64,000 nucleotides of DNA from the NCBI RefSeq assembly GCF_009914755.1, contig NC_060937.1; one strand, written 5' to 3'. Each line of letters opens with the position of its first letter. Position 1 is the stretch's first letter. Below the pieces are notes generated by a model. The model did not search any database. It saw only the letters and a list, made by a program, of their open reading frames with translations, and was not told the origin of the DNA. Both the position numbers and the translations under genes were made by a program. Origin of the DNA: the human T2T-CHM13v2.0 reference genome, Homo sapiens. Below, piece by piece: positions 62,120 to 64,000 of the stretch.

Positions 62120-63727
62120 GAATAAAACTTCATGTTAAAATGTCCATACTATCTAAAACAGGGTATAGATTCAATAACATCCCTATGAAAATCCCAATGG
62201 CAAGTTTTTACAAAAATTGAAAACAATTATAAAATTCATATGGAACCACAAATGACCCTGAGTAACCATAGCAATCTTGTGAAAGAAGAACAAAGATGAA
62301 GGCATAACACTAGCGGGTTTCAAAATACATTACAAAGCTACAATAATTAAAACAGCATAATAGTAGCATAAAGCAGACAGATACACCAATGAAATAGAAT
62401 AGAGAGTACACAAATAAATCCATACATATATTGTTATGTACTGTCACATATACTTGAATTTTGACAAGTGGAACAAAAATACAAAATGGGAAACAGATAA
62501 TCTCTTCAACACATGGTATTGGAAAAACTGAATAACCTCATGCAAACAATGAAATTGGATCCTTATCTTACACTATACAAAAAACATCAACTCCACATGG
62601 ATTAAATTTTGTAATGTAAGACCTGAAACTGTAAAACTCCTAGAAAAAATATAGAAAAAACACTTTATGATATTGGTGTTGGCAATGATTTCTTGAATGT
62701 AATAGCAAAAGCACAGGCAACCAAAACAAACATAGACAAGCAGAACTACATTAAAATAAAAAGCTTGTGCACAGCAAAGGAACCAATCAACAGAGTGACA
62801 AGGCAACATATGAACTCAGGGAAAATGTATGTTTTTCCAAACCATGTATCTGTTAGATGTTAATATGTAAAATATATGAACTACAATGCAATAATTTAAA
62901 AAAAGTAGATTAAGCCATAGGCAAAGGACTTGAATAGACATTTAGCCAAAAAAAAAAAAACCATACAAATAGCCAACAGGTATATGAAAAATATGATAAT
63001 CATCATCACTAATCAGCAGGGCAATGAAAATCAAAACCACAATATTTTCACCTCAAAACCGTTAAGATGGCTATTATTTTTAAAAAATGCATTGATAAGG
63101 ATATAGAGAAGTTGGAACATTTCTGTACTGTTGGTGGGAATATAAAATGGTGCAACTGCTGCAGAAAACATTAAGAAGGTCTCTCAAAAAAATAAAAATA
63201 GAACTACCATGTGATCCAGCATTCCCAGTTTGGGGTATATATAATAATTAAAACCAAGATCTTGAATAAGTATCTCCACTCCCCTGTTCACTGTAGCATT
63301 ATTCACATGAGCCAAGATATAAAAACAACCTAAATCTCCATCAATAGATAAATGGATAAAGAAAATGTGTCTGCATGTGCAATGGAATATTATACAGACT
63401 TACAAAAAAAGAAATCCTGTTATAGGTGACAAAATGGATTAACCTGAAGGACATTATGCTAAGTGAAACAAGCCAGTCACAGAAGGACAAATGCTGCTTG
63501 ACTCCATTTATACGAAATATCTAAAATCATCAAACTCAGAAACAGAGCAGAATAGTGGTTATCAAGGACTGTGGAGAAAGGAAATGAGAGGTTGCTACTT
63601 AATGTGTACCAAGTTTCAATTATGCAAGATAAATAAGACCTAGAGATCTACTGCATAACATCGTGCTTATAGTTAACAATACTATACTATGCATTCGAAA
63701 AGTTGACAGTATGTCTTAACACAATAT
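62120..63727 (+). mobile_element. L1MA/MB 3' portion
   Basis: Sense ORF2 C-terminal motifs and a 3'UTR with GACATTATGCTAAGTGAAA and ATAGTTAACAATACT. Confidence 0.85.
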
Positions 63728-63780
63728 AGACAAACAAAATATTTTCTTTGGCAGATTCACATTTTATTATTTGATTTTAA

Positions 63781-64000
<220 letters not shown>

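Overview
Primate (human or great-ape type) genomic DNA. It is AT-rich and dominated by interspersed repeats: L1, Alu, ERV1/ERVL/MaLR LTRs, DNA-transposon fossils and microsatellites. I see no intact host protein-coding gene, RNA gene or CRISPR array. The longer ORFs are broken L1 ORF2 pieces or chance frames in repeats. I found no evidence for a novel biological system. The notable content is retrotransposition and rearrangement architecture: (1) a young L1PA2-like insertion with a twin-priming 5' inversion and a short 3' transduction inside a 13-bp TSD; (2) a second, small 5'-inverted L1; (3) an AluY whose 3' flank is tandemly duplicated (~132 bp), giving three TSD copies; (4) a nested L1M > L1P4-type > THE1 stack fused by a microhomology deletion, with an A/B alternating ~111-bp array in the L1 5' region; (5) a CpG-rich solo LTR12. 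Repeat family names come from recognising consensus motifs, not from a database run, so subfamily calls and the edges of old elements are approximate.
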